Below are positions 36,345 through 45,415 of a DNA stretch of 53,970 bases, piece after piece. The notes under the pieces are model-generated. The model did not search any database. It was not told the DNA's origin and saw only the letters and a list, made by a program, of their open reading frames with translations. The stretch's first letter is position 1; every line of letters starts with the position of its first letter. The position numbers and the translations under genes are program-made. Source of the DNA: Pyrinomonadaceae bacterium (GTDB lineage Bacteria; Acidobacteriota; Blastocatellia; Pyrinomonadales; Pyrinomonadaceae); the NCBI GenBank assembly GCA_035577445.1, contig DATLVM010000223.1, positions 1 to 53,970 of the forward strand, in the 5' to 3' direction.

Positions 36345-36464
36345 GTTGCAGCTTTATGGTTTCGGTGATTTAGAGGAGGGATTATACGCGCGAGTCGCAA
36401 AGGAACAAAAAGGGCAATCGAGCCGCGCTCAATTGCCCAGGAAATCTGCCAACTTCGAAAGCCC

Positions 36465-37529
36465 TTAAATTATGACGCTCCGCGAACGGATGATTCGTGG
36501 CGCGCGCCTCGGCACGGTGACTTCGATTGGCGGAGTCGCCGGAACATCGATCTGTGGGATTTCGATCTTCATCGGCGGTATCGAGCGGACCTTGACGGAA
36601 GGAATCGTAATTCGTCGTGTTCCCAAGGTTCCCGGCCTGAAAAGATCCTGGTTCGGATTCTTTTCCGGCGTCACCGTTACCGTGCGCGTGTTCTTATCGC
36701 GCACAACGGTTAGCGACACATCGCCAGTTTCCTTCTTTCCCAGAACGCGAGTGATATCGCCGGGTGACGTAACCTTCTCACCATCGATCGCGGTGATTAC
36801 GTCGCCGGCCTTCAATCCCGCCTTTGCAGCCGGACTGTTGTCGCTGACCGAAGTAATCAACACGCCACCGTCCTTCACGCCAAAGTAATCGGCGAGTTGC
36901 TTGCTGAGACTCTGAGTGCTAACGCCAATGCGGCGGTTCGCGCCGAGCGTCCAGACCATTGGGCCATCGCCGCCGCCAATTGACGGAGGCCAATTGCCAT
37001 TCGGAAACACGCGGATGCCATCTTCGTCACTATCGCGGCGCAGGATTCGGGGGAACGAGCCGCTAAAGATGTTGTCCATCTTCCGCTTGCTCAAGGTTGC
37101 GCTTAATTCCTGTTCCGATCCGCCGCGGCTGATCGTCAAACGCACGTTCTGATCTGCGGACGATTCGTTGACCAGACGAGTGAGCTTGCGCACGCTCTTA
37201 ACGGATTCGCCGTCAAAGCGAAGGATGACATCGTCTTTGCGCAGGCCGGCTTTCTCGGCCGGACTGTCTTTCACGACTTCGGTGACGCCGACGCCGCGTA
37301 CTTCGCGCATGCCGTAACGCGCCATGTTTTCTTTGCTGATGTCTTCAGTGCCGACGCCGAGAAACGCGCCGTCGCCAACGAAGAATGACAGCGTGCGCGC
37401 CGTCGAGCCCGGATCCTGGTCGTCGATCAGAGCCATGTTTCCGGCTTCCTGCGCGTAAACAATGCCGCCTGCGATTGCGGCCAGCGCAGCAACCAAGCCG
37501 ATAAATAACGCCAATTTTTTGCGAGACAT
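36465..37529 (-). CDS. secreted protein with two PDZ domains
   Basis: Signal peptide LALFIGLVAALAAIAGGIVYA. Two PDZ signatures: GVGVTEVVKDSPAEKAGLRKDDVIL and GVLITSVSDNSPAAKAGLKAGDVITAIDG. Confidence 0.8.
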   Translation of the reverse strand: MSRKKLALFIGLVAALAAIAGGIVYAQEAGNMALIDDQDPGSTARTLSFFVGDGAFLGVGTEDISKENMARYGMREVRGVGVTEVVKDSPAEKAGLRKDDVILRFDGESVKSVRKLTRLVNESSADQNVRLTISRGGSEQELSATLSKRKMDNIFSGSFPRILRRDSDEDGIRVFPNGNWPPSIGGGDGPMVWTLGANRRIGVSTQSLSKQLADYFGVKDGGVLITSVSDNSPAAKAGLKAGDVITAIDGEKVTSPGDITRVLGKKETGDVSLTVVRDKNTRTVTVTPEKNPNQDLFRPGTLGTRRITIPSVKVRSIPPMKIEIPQIDVPATPPIEVTVPRRAPRIIRSRSVII

Positions 37530-37737
37530 ACTGATCCTCCGGAAAGGTTTTGTTGGGTTTCACGCAGCTGGACGGAGGTCAGTTCCAAATTGTTTGCGAG
37601 GAAATAGGTCAACGGAGCGCGGGCATCCTTGCCCGCAAAGCGTGCGCAGCACGCTCAACAACGGTTCGCGCTGCGCGCTCAGGCGGGCAGAGATGCCCGC
37701 GCTCCATTACGTGAATCTCGATCCTGGATATTGGATC

Positions 37738-38700
37738 TTAATGTGAAGCCAACGTGCGATAGACTTCGCGTCCATCGCTAATCTCCACTGCGATCTTTCC
37801 TTCAGACTCGGCATAGTCGAGATGCGCCACCGCCTCAGACACCGCGAGGAAACGATGAACGTCATCAGCGTCCGGAAACATCTTCCGCGAAACTTCCCAG
37901 GCCGTTGCGCCGTTCTTCGGCACGAAACTGATTACAGCATCCTGACGCTCGCGAATCGCTCGGAGGTAACGATTGAACAGTTCCTCGAAGTCGTGAATCG
38001 GCTCTCCGTGGCCACCGTAGATCAATGTGGGCGCAAAGCTACGCACCCGCGCGAGACTGACGAGATACTCGGCCAATGATTTGAATCGGCGTGTAGGATC
38101 GATCGGATCCGGGGAGATGACCGGATTCGGAGTGATGCGCTTCAGAACACAATCGCCGGCAATCACGGTGCGATCGGCTTCGCGCAGAAACGAGCATGAT
38201 CCCGGCGTGTGACCGGGCGTGTGAATCACGCGCAGCGAACCCGCATCGAATTCCAGTTCATCGCCGTCGATCAACTCGGTGCAATGATCGTCATCCAGCG
38301 AATCTGCGTATTGCCGCACCTCTTCATACAAACGGCGCATCGACTGAATGTCGTCATCCGGCACGCCGGCACGTTGCAGCAGCCTCAGGTTTTCTTCGTG
38401 CTCGAGTCGCGCCGCGCGATGACCGGTTTCCCAACCATGAACGAACACCTCGGCATCCTTGGCCTCATCGCGCAGTGAACGCGCCAGTCCGCAATGATCT
38501 TCGTGCGCATGCGTGAGCACGATGCGGCGAATATCACCCGTCGTCACGCCGTTTTGTCGCAGACCGGCACGCAACGCATCGACGGCTTCGCGCGTCTTCG
38601 GGCCAGTATCGATGATCGTGATCGGATCTTCCTTGACGAGATAGACGTTGACCGCGCCGATGTAGAACGGAGTTGGAAGTGAGATGGGGATGATCTTCAT
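37738..38700 (-). CDS. MBL-fold metallo-hydrolase
   Basis: HAHEDHCG (H-x-H-x-DH) motif, and later HTPGHTPG. The start is reset to ATG 38700 (MKIIPISL...) because the upstream 23 codons derive from a palindromic repeat. Confidence 0.85.
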   Translation of the reverse strand: MKIIPISLPTPFYIGAVNVYLVKEDPITIIDTGPKTREAVDALRAGLRQNGVTTGDIRRIVLTHAHEDHCGLARSLRDEAKDAEVFVHGWETGHRAARLEHEENLRLLQRAGVPDDDIQSMRRLYEEVRQYADSLDDDHCTELIDGDELEFDAGSLRVIHTPGHTPGSCSFLREADRTVIAGDCVLKRITPNPVISPDPIDPTRRFKSLAEYLVSLARVRSFAPTLIYGGHGEPIHDFEELFNRYLRAIRERQDAVISFVPKNGATAWEVSRKMFPDADDVHRFLAVSEAVAHLDYAESEGKIAVEISDGREVYRTLASH

Positions 38701-38787
38701 TGCCGATTTATGATTGCCAATTGCCGATTGAATCACAATCGCGGTCGCCCGCAAATCGGCAATCGCCAATTGGCAATCGGCAATGAA
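38701..38787. repeat. palindromic GCCAATTGCCGAT-type intergenic repeat
   Basis: ATTGCCAATTGCCGATT ... AATCGGCAATCGCCAATTGGCAATCGGCAAT fills the whole MBL/fadE intergenic space. Confidence 0.75.
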
Positions 38788-40575
38788 CTAGTAGACGTAC
38801 TTATTCGCTTCAATCATCGCATTCGCGATGCGCTGGCGCGCCGCGACCGTGTTGATAGGCGTCATCTTCGTAAAACGACGCAAGGCCGCGAGCAGCGTGC
38901 GCAGTTCGTCACCCTCGGCCATCGCCGCCAGCGTGTTCTTCGCGTAAGCCTCGATGCGTTCCACAGCGTCGTTACAGAACACGCGCGTTATGTCGATGAA
39001 GCGTTCGGCGGCTTTCTCGCCCTGCGACCCAGCGACTTTCTGCGTGCGCAGGATCGCGGACTCCATCGCGTACGCATCCATGATGATGTCCGCCACCCCC
39101 ATCAGAATCTCCTGTTGATCGGCGAGTGTCATCATGTATTTCTGCGCGGCGGTGCCGAGCGTCATTAACGCGACCTTCTTAGCGTTCGTCGCGAGCTTCT
39201 GTTCAGTCGCCAAAAGACTCTCGTCCGTATCGAACGAAGGCATCGAGGGATTCAGGATCTCGTCCATCAATCCCTGGGCGGCGGGAAGCAGCGCGAGCCG
39301 CCCGCTCAGCGCCGCCTTCATCAAGCGTCCCGGGATCAGCATGCGATTGATTTCGTTTGTGCCCTCAAAGATGCGATTGATGCGCGTGTCGCGATAGGCG
39401 CGTTCAGCCGGATAGTCCGCCGAATAGCCATAGCCGCCGAAAATCTGCACCATCTCGTCGGTGATGTAATTGCAGTATTCCGACAGCGCCACTTTGATGA
39501 TCGAACATTCAGCAGCGTACTCTTCGATCGCTTTCAGGCGCGCGTCCATATCGTTCGAATCTTCGATCGCGCCGAGGCCTTCTTCAATCATGCCCAGTGT
39601 GCGATAAGTCATCGCTTCGCCTACCCAAGTGCGAATCGCCATCTCGCCAAGCTTTGACTTGATCGCGCCAAATGAAGAAATCGATTTGCCGAACTGGTGA
39701 CGTTCGTTCGCGTATTTGACGGACTCAGTCACGGCCAGCTTCATTCCGCCCAGGCACATCGCGCCGAGTTTGAAGCGTCCAATGTTGAGAATGTTGAAGG
39801 CGATCTTGTGACCCTTGCCGACTTCACCCAGCAAATTTTCAGCCGGACATTTTGCGTCCGCGAGAATCAGCGGCGTCGTGCTCGAGCCCTTGATGCCCAT
39901 CTTGTGTTCTTCGGCGCCGGGCCGGCAGCCTTCCTGGCGGTCGACGATGAACGCGGTGAATTTGTCGCCGTCTACTTTCGCGAACACCACGAAGATGTCG
40001 GCGAAACCGCCGTTCGTAATGAACATCTTCTCGCCGTTGAGAATGTATTCGCGGCCGTCAGCGCTCAACTTCGCCGTCGCTTTCGCAGCCATCGCGTCCG
40101 AACCTGAGCCGGCTTCCGTCAACGCATAAGCCGTGATCAATTCACCCGCGGCAATCTTTGGCAGATAGTTTTGTTTCGCCGCTTTAGTGCCGAAATAGAT
40201 GATCGGTAAGAGACCAATGCCGCTCTGCGCGCCCAGCGTCGTGGCGAAGGATGCAGAGCGGCCGAGGTTTTCCGCGATCAGCGAGCCGCTCGTTTGATCG
40301 AGCGCCAGGCCACCGTATTCTTCCGGAATGTTGGCGCCGACCAGGCCAAGATCCGCGGCCTGCTTCACCAATTGCCGCGCGAGGTTCCAGTCTTTCGCTT
40401 CCAGTTCGTTGATGCGGGGCAGAACCTCCGCGTCCATGAATTGCCGCGTCGTGTCGGCGATCATGCGATGCTCTTCGTTGAAATCTTCAGGCGTGAATAC
40501 TTCCGCGGGCGTGCGTTCTTCGATTAGAAAACTTCCGCCTTTGATGATTTCCTTCTTATCGATTACGGCTGACAT
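38788..40575 (-). CDS. fadE: long-type acyl-CoA dehydrogenase
   Basis: ACAD N, middle and C domains (YALTEAGSGSD, FITNGG, QIFGGYGY) plus a ~200-aa C-terminal extension. At 595 aa it has the same size class as Bacillus FadE. Confidence 0.85.
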   Translation of the reverse strand: MSAVIDKKEIIKGGSFLIEERTPAEVFTPEDFNEEHRMIADTTRQFMDAEVLPRINELEAKDWNLARQLVKQAADLGLVGANIPEEYGGLALDQTSGSLIAENLGRSASFATTLGAQSGIGLLPIIYFGTKAAKQNYLPKIAAGELITAYALTEAGSGSDAMAAKATAKLSADGREYILNGEKMFITNGGFADIFVVFAKVDGDKFTAFIVDRQEGCRPGAEEHKMGIKGSSTTPLILADAKCPAENLLGEVGKGHKIAFNILNIGRFKLGAMCLGGMKLAVTESVKYANERHQFGKSISSFGAIKSKLGEMAIRTWVGEAMTYRTLGMIEEGLGAIEDSNDMDARLKAIEEYAAECSIIKVALSEYCNYITDEMVQIFGGYGYSADYPAERAYRDTRINRIFEGTNEINRMLIPGRLMKAALSGRLALLPAAQGLMDEILNPSMPSFDTDESLLATEQKLATNAKKVALMTLGTAAQKYMMTLADQQEILMGVADIIMDAYAMESAILRTQKVAGSQGEKAAERFIDITRVFCNDAVERIEAYAKNTLAAMAEGDELRTLLAALRRFTKMTPINTVAARQRIANAMIEANKYVY

Positions 40576-40660
40576 GATTAGATCCTCCTACGTACTCGCG
40601 TTTAGAGGCGGCACTCGTGCTGCGACCGAGCGGCAGACAAGTCCGCCGTCTAAACGACAT

Positions 40661-41187
40661 TCATCTCTCTTCTAACTGATTTGCGATTTCCGACGGCATC
40701 AGTTGCCGAAGTTCCGGATAGCTCTCAGCGATCCGAATGAGATCCAGCTCGTCCTTCTTTCGTTTCGATAAGCGACGTTTCGGATCGCTCCAAGCCCAAA
40801 CTTTCCCACGTACGACATTTGCGAGCGAGGCTACCGGAACCTCGCAGCCCAGGACTGTGTTTCGTTCAGTATCCGCCAGGAAATTCTGATACCTCGGATC
40901 GGTGGTGAATTGAATTCGCAGTTCGCTGCCTTTCATTTGCGCGTTGACTGAATGCTCATGCTCAGTGACCTGAAATCCGGCAGCGCTCAATTCGTTCTGG
41001 ATCGTGGGTAGCGAAGCCGACACAACCACCATGTCAGCATCCATCGTGTATACCGGTTCGACATAGCAGTTGACTGCGAGTCCTCCGACCAAACACCACG
41101 GACCATGTTTGCTCAGAATCGTGATCACCGCAGCGAAATCGCTTGCGCCGCCGTTCGTAACCGACTCAAATATTTCGGTTGCCGTCA

Positions 41188-41188
<1 letters not shown>
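40661..41188 (-). CDS. nucleotidyltransferase-fold hypothetical protein
   Basis: VGGLAVNCYVEPVYTMDADMVV matches the minimal NTase G-[GS]-x9-13-D-x-D signature. Its ATG overlaps the fadA stop (TGATG). Confidence 0.55.
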
Positions 41189-42366
<1,178 letters not shown>

Positions 42367-42381
42367 GATCCTAATTCCTTA

Positions 42382-42451
42382 CTTTGCGTATCTTTGCGCC
42401 TTTGCGAGTTGGCGTGAAATAGCCTCACGCAAAGGCGCCAAGACGCAAAGG
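42382..42451. repeat. palindromic CTTTGCGCCTTTGCG intergenic repeat
   Basis: CTTTGCGTATCTTTGCGCCTTTGCGAG ... CTCACGCAAAGGCGCCAAGACGCAAAGG forms a hairpin between fadN and fadA. Confidence 0.7.
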
Positions 42452-42462
42452 AACGCCAAGAC

Positions 42463-44904
42463 TTAATTCCTCAGAGGCTTCCCCGTTTTCAACATATGCC
42501 CGATGCGATCCTGCGTCTTGCGGGTTCCGATCAAAGACAGAAACGCTTCGCGTTCTAAATCGAGCAAGTACTGTTCACTAACTTTCGTTGTGTGATTCAA
42601 ATCGCCACCGGTTAGTATTCTGGCCAGCTTTTCACCAATCAACGCATCGTGATCCGAAATGTAACCCGCGCGCTTCATGAGATGCACGCCAAGCTTCAAA
42701 GTGGCCAACGCCGGTGCGCCCAAAGCGAGAATGTCCGTCCGCTGTTGCGCTTGAACATAACCAGTAGCGGCTAATGCCAGCACCTGTTTCTTCGCATCGG
42801 CAATTAATCGATCGGAATTCATCGAGATCGAATCTTCATCGCGCAGGAATCCAAAGTCACGCGCTTGTTCGGCTGAGGTGGCGACCTTCGCCAGAGCAAT
42901 GGTTTCGAAGGCCCGTTTCACAAACGGAAATGGATCAGCATCTTTCATATCGGCGGGAATCGAATCCATCGCGCGCACCAGCATCTCTTTCGTGCCGCAG
43001 CCCGCAGGAATAATTCCGACGCCAACTTCGACCAGGCCGATGTAGGTTTCCGCCGCGGCGCGTACACGATCCGCGTGCAAAACCATCTCGCAGCCTCCGC
43101 CGAAAACCATCTGGAACGGCGCGACCACGACTGGCTTCGGCGAATAGCGCAGGCTCATCACAGATGATTGGAAGTAGCGACCAATCATCTCGAGTTCTTC
43201 CCAGTTTTCGTCCTGCGCTTCCATCAACATCAGCATCAGGTTCGCGCCGACTGAAAAGTTGACGCCTTGATTGCCAACCACGAGGCCCACGAAATTCTTT
43301 TCGGTTTCCGAAATCGCAAAGCGCAGCATCTCGAGCGTGTCGCCACCGATCGAATTCATCTTCGAATGAAATTCGACACCGGCGACGCCATCGCCGAGAT
43401 CGATCATCGATGCGCCGGAATTCTTTTTGATCACTCCGGTGCGATCCTTCAGCGATTTCAAAACAATTGTGCCCGGCGGATCCGAAAGCGGAATATATCT
43501 GGACGACGTAAAATCGAAATAGAAGCGTTGCCCGTTTTCCTGTTTGTAGAAAGTCTTCGCGCCTGAGTCGAGCATCGACTGCACATTCGGCGGAACCGCG
43601 CGCCCTTCTTCCTTTAACTTGGCGACTGATTTCTCGACGCCAATCGCGTCCCAAACTTCGAACGGCCCAAACTCCCAGTTGAAACCCCAGCGCATGGCGC
43701 GATCGATTTCGACAACGGTGTCAGCAATTTCCGGAATTCGATCAGCGGTGTAGGTGAGCGTTCTCGAAATCGTTTTCCACAGAAAAGCGCCGACGCGTTC
43801 CTTCGACCAGACGAGCGCCTTCAGACGATCTCGCAGGTCCTCAACGTTCTTGGCCATTTCCAGGGCAGGGAACTTGACCTTCTGCGATGGACGATAATCG
43901 AGGGTGGCGGTATCGAGCGTCCAAATCTCTCGCTTATCGCCCTCGCCTTTTTTGCGCTGATAGAAGCCACCCTTGGTCTTGTTGCCGAGAATTCCACGGT
44001 CAATCATCTTCGTGACGAATTCAGGCATGACGAACGTCTCGCGCTCAGGATCGTCGGGAAGGTTTTCGTGCAGGTTCTTGACGACGTGCGCCAACACATC
44101 AAGGCCGACTAGATCGAAGGTGCGAAACGTCGCGGTCTTCGGCCGACCAGCGGCGGGCCCGGTGATCTTGTCCACCTCTTCGATCGAGTAACCGTCTTCC
44201 AGCATCGTGCGCATCGTTACCAACGCGCCGTAGGTGCCGATGCGATTCGCGATGAAGTTCGGCCGATCCTTCGCGACTACCACGCCTTTGCCCAGCCGCT
44301 CGTCGAGGAAGCCAAACATCGAGCAGGAAACTTCCGGCTTCGTCCACTCAGTGCGAATCAACTCGACGAGGTGCATGTAACGCGGCGGGTTGAAAAAGTG
44401 CATGCCGAGGAAGTGCGCTTTGAAATCATCGGAGCGTCCTTCGGCGAGCTGCTTGAGCGGAATGCCGCTCGTGTTCGAAGCGACGATTGCGCCAGGTTTA
44501 CGATGCTGTTCGACTTTCTCGTAGAGGCTGCGTTTGATTTCGAGATTCTCGACGACTGCTTCGATGATCAGGTCACAGTCTTTGAGCTGCGGCAGATCGT
44601 CTTCAAAGTTTCCAATCGCAACGAGAGAAGCGCGATCGGCGGTGAAGAAAGCTGCGGGCTTGGCTTTCTTTGCGGCTTCAAGACCGGCGCGAGCGATGAA
44701 ATTTCGATCGGGCTCTTGCACCCTTTCCGCTTCGCTTGCCTTCCCTGACGGTCGGGCTTCTGACACGCTCTTTGCCGGCGCGTTGGATTCCTTCGGCACA
44801 ATGTCGAGGAGAAGCGTCGGCACGCCCGCGTTCGCGAGGTGCGCGGCGATTTGCGCGCCCATTGTGCCCGCGCCCAGCACAGCAGCTTTTTTGACCTGAA
44901 TCAT
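42463..44904 (-). CDS. fadN: bifunctional 3-hydroxyacyl-CoA dehydrogenase / enoyl-CoA hydratase, FadN-type domain order (HAD N-terminal, ECH C-terminal)
   Basis: N-terminal Rossmann motif KKAAVLGAGTMGAQIA. C-terminal crotonase fold (APFQMVFGGGCEM). ATG 44904 (MIQVKKAAVLG) is preferred because the 44934 start lies inside a palindromic operator-like site. Confidence 0.9.
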   Translation of the reverse strand: MIQVKKAAVLGAGTMGAQIAAHLANAGVPTLLLDIVPKESNAPAKSVSEARPSGKASEAERVQEPDRNFIARAGLEAAKKAKPAAFFTADRASLVAIGNFEDDLPQLKDCDLIIEAVVENLEIKRSLYEKVEQHRKPGAIVASNTSGIPLKQLAEGRSDDFKAHFLGMHFFNPPRYMHLVELIRTEWTKPEVSCSMFGFLDERLGKGVVVAKDRPNFIANRIGTYGALVTMRTMLEDGYSIEEVDKITGPAAGRPKTATFRTFDLVGLDVLAHVVKNLHENLPDDPERETFVMPEFVTKMIDRGILGNKTKGGFYQRKKGEGDKREIWTLDTATLDYRPSQKVKFPALEMAKNVEDLRDRLKALVWSKERVGAFLWKTISRTLTYTADRIPEIADTVVEIDRAMRWGFNWEFGPFEVWDAIGVEKSVAKLKEEGRAVPPNVQSMLDSGAKTFYKQENGQRFYFDFTSSRYIPLSDPPGTIVLKSLKDRTGVIKKNSGASMIDLGDGVAGVEFHSKMNSIGGDTLEMLRFAISETEKNFVGLVVGNQGVNFSVGANLMLMLMEAQDENWEELEMIGRYFQSSVMSLRYSPKPVVVAPFQMVFGGGCEMVLHADRVRAAAETYIGLVEVGVGIIPAGCGTKEMLVRAMDSIPADMKDADPFPFVKRAFETIALAKVATSAEQARDFGFLRDEDSISMNSDRLIADAKKQVLALAATGYVQAQQRTDILALGAPALATLKLGVHLMKRAGYISDHDALIGEKLARILTGGDLNHTTKVSEQYLLDLEREAFLSLIGTRKTQDRIGHMLKTGKPLRN

Positions 44905-44918
44905 GGCGGTAGATAATA

Positions 44919-44938
44919 CTGAATGAGTATTCATTCAG
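44919..44938. promoter_or_regulatory. palindromic operator-like site CTGAATGA-GTAT-TCATTCAG upstream of fadN
   Basis: Perfect 8-bp arms with a 4-bp spacer, 15-34 nt upstream of the preferred fadN ATG. Confidence 0.6.
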
Positions 44939-44976
44939 CAAGCTTCGCAACGGTTTTTCTCAGTCAACTCCGACGC

Positions 44977-45040
44977 TGTGGGTTCGGTCATAAAGTGAGA
45001 TTGGTAGGTCATAAAGTGAAATCCTTCTGTCATAAAGTGG
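44977..45040. repeat. transposon end A: three phased copies of the GGTCATAAAGTGA motif
   Basis: TCATAAAGTG starts at 44988, 45009 and 45030, an exact 21-bp phasing. A degenerate copy (TCATAATG) lies at 45063. Confidence 0.8.
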
Positions 45041-45178
45041 TGCGGAGAAATAGGGGTTTGATTCATAATGCTGCTACTCAAACCTAATAGCTTCCACCAT
45101 AAGACTCCGCGCATAAAGAGGCTGGAGAAAGACGAGCACTAACGACATTGGGTCGGAATCATTGCTATCAGAAATTAG

Positions 45179-45207
45179 TTGACTGCCGGCATAGATTGGA
45201 ATATTTT
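45179..45207 (+). promoter_or_regulatory. sigma-70-like promoter candidate for the cargo operon
   Basis: TTGACT (45179-45184), a 17-nt spacer, then TATTTT (45202-45207). It lies about 210 nt upstream of the first cargo ATG. Confidence 0.4.
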
Positions 45208-45415
45208 CTTATCCGCATTTACCAACAGGCTGGTCCTCAGAGCCTACCCCTTTTATGGCGTTCTCTTCAGTACTAGCCTCTTACTAAGCCAATCAGGCTG
45301 GTTTGGCCACCAGTTTCCCAATTTCTAATTCTAAAATGGCAAGGGGAATTAGAATCACGCGATCGAAAATAGGCTGGAAAAGCTCGGTTCCAATCAGGAA
45401 GGGATAAATTGAAAC

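Noticed and set aside
38701-38769. N-terminal extension of the MBL hydrolase (MAIADLRATAIVIQSAIGNHKSA)
   Set aside because: It is derived from the GCCAATTGCCGAT palindromic repeat. The conserved fold begins at MKIIPISL (ATG 38700).
42935-43654. 239-aa minus-strand ORF, and many similar 60-200-aa ORFs (for example 8546..9034, 11282..11884, 24498..25040, 26161..26598, 31883..32431, 41966..42466), lying inside or antisense to well-supported genes
   Set aside because: They overlap confidently identified genes in other frames (fadN, the IPT/TIG gene, the hydrolase, murA, the Tim44-like gene, the thiolase). They have Arg/Ser/Pro-rich compositions typical of shadow frames in GC-rich DNA, and they have no motifs or RBS.
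44905-44934. Longer fadN start (MNTHSVLSTA)
   Set aside because: That ATG lies inside the perfect TGAATGA-N4-TCATTCA palindrome. The second Met gives the canonical M-x3-KKAAVLGAGTMG Rossmann N-terminus.
44977-45070. Possible CRISPR array or tandem repeat, because a ~21-bp unit recurs three times
   Set aside because: The repeats are contiguous without spacers, number only 3-4, and recur in inverted orientation 7 kb away together with a target-site duplication. These are transposon ends, not CRISPR.
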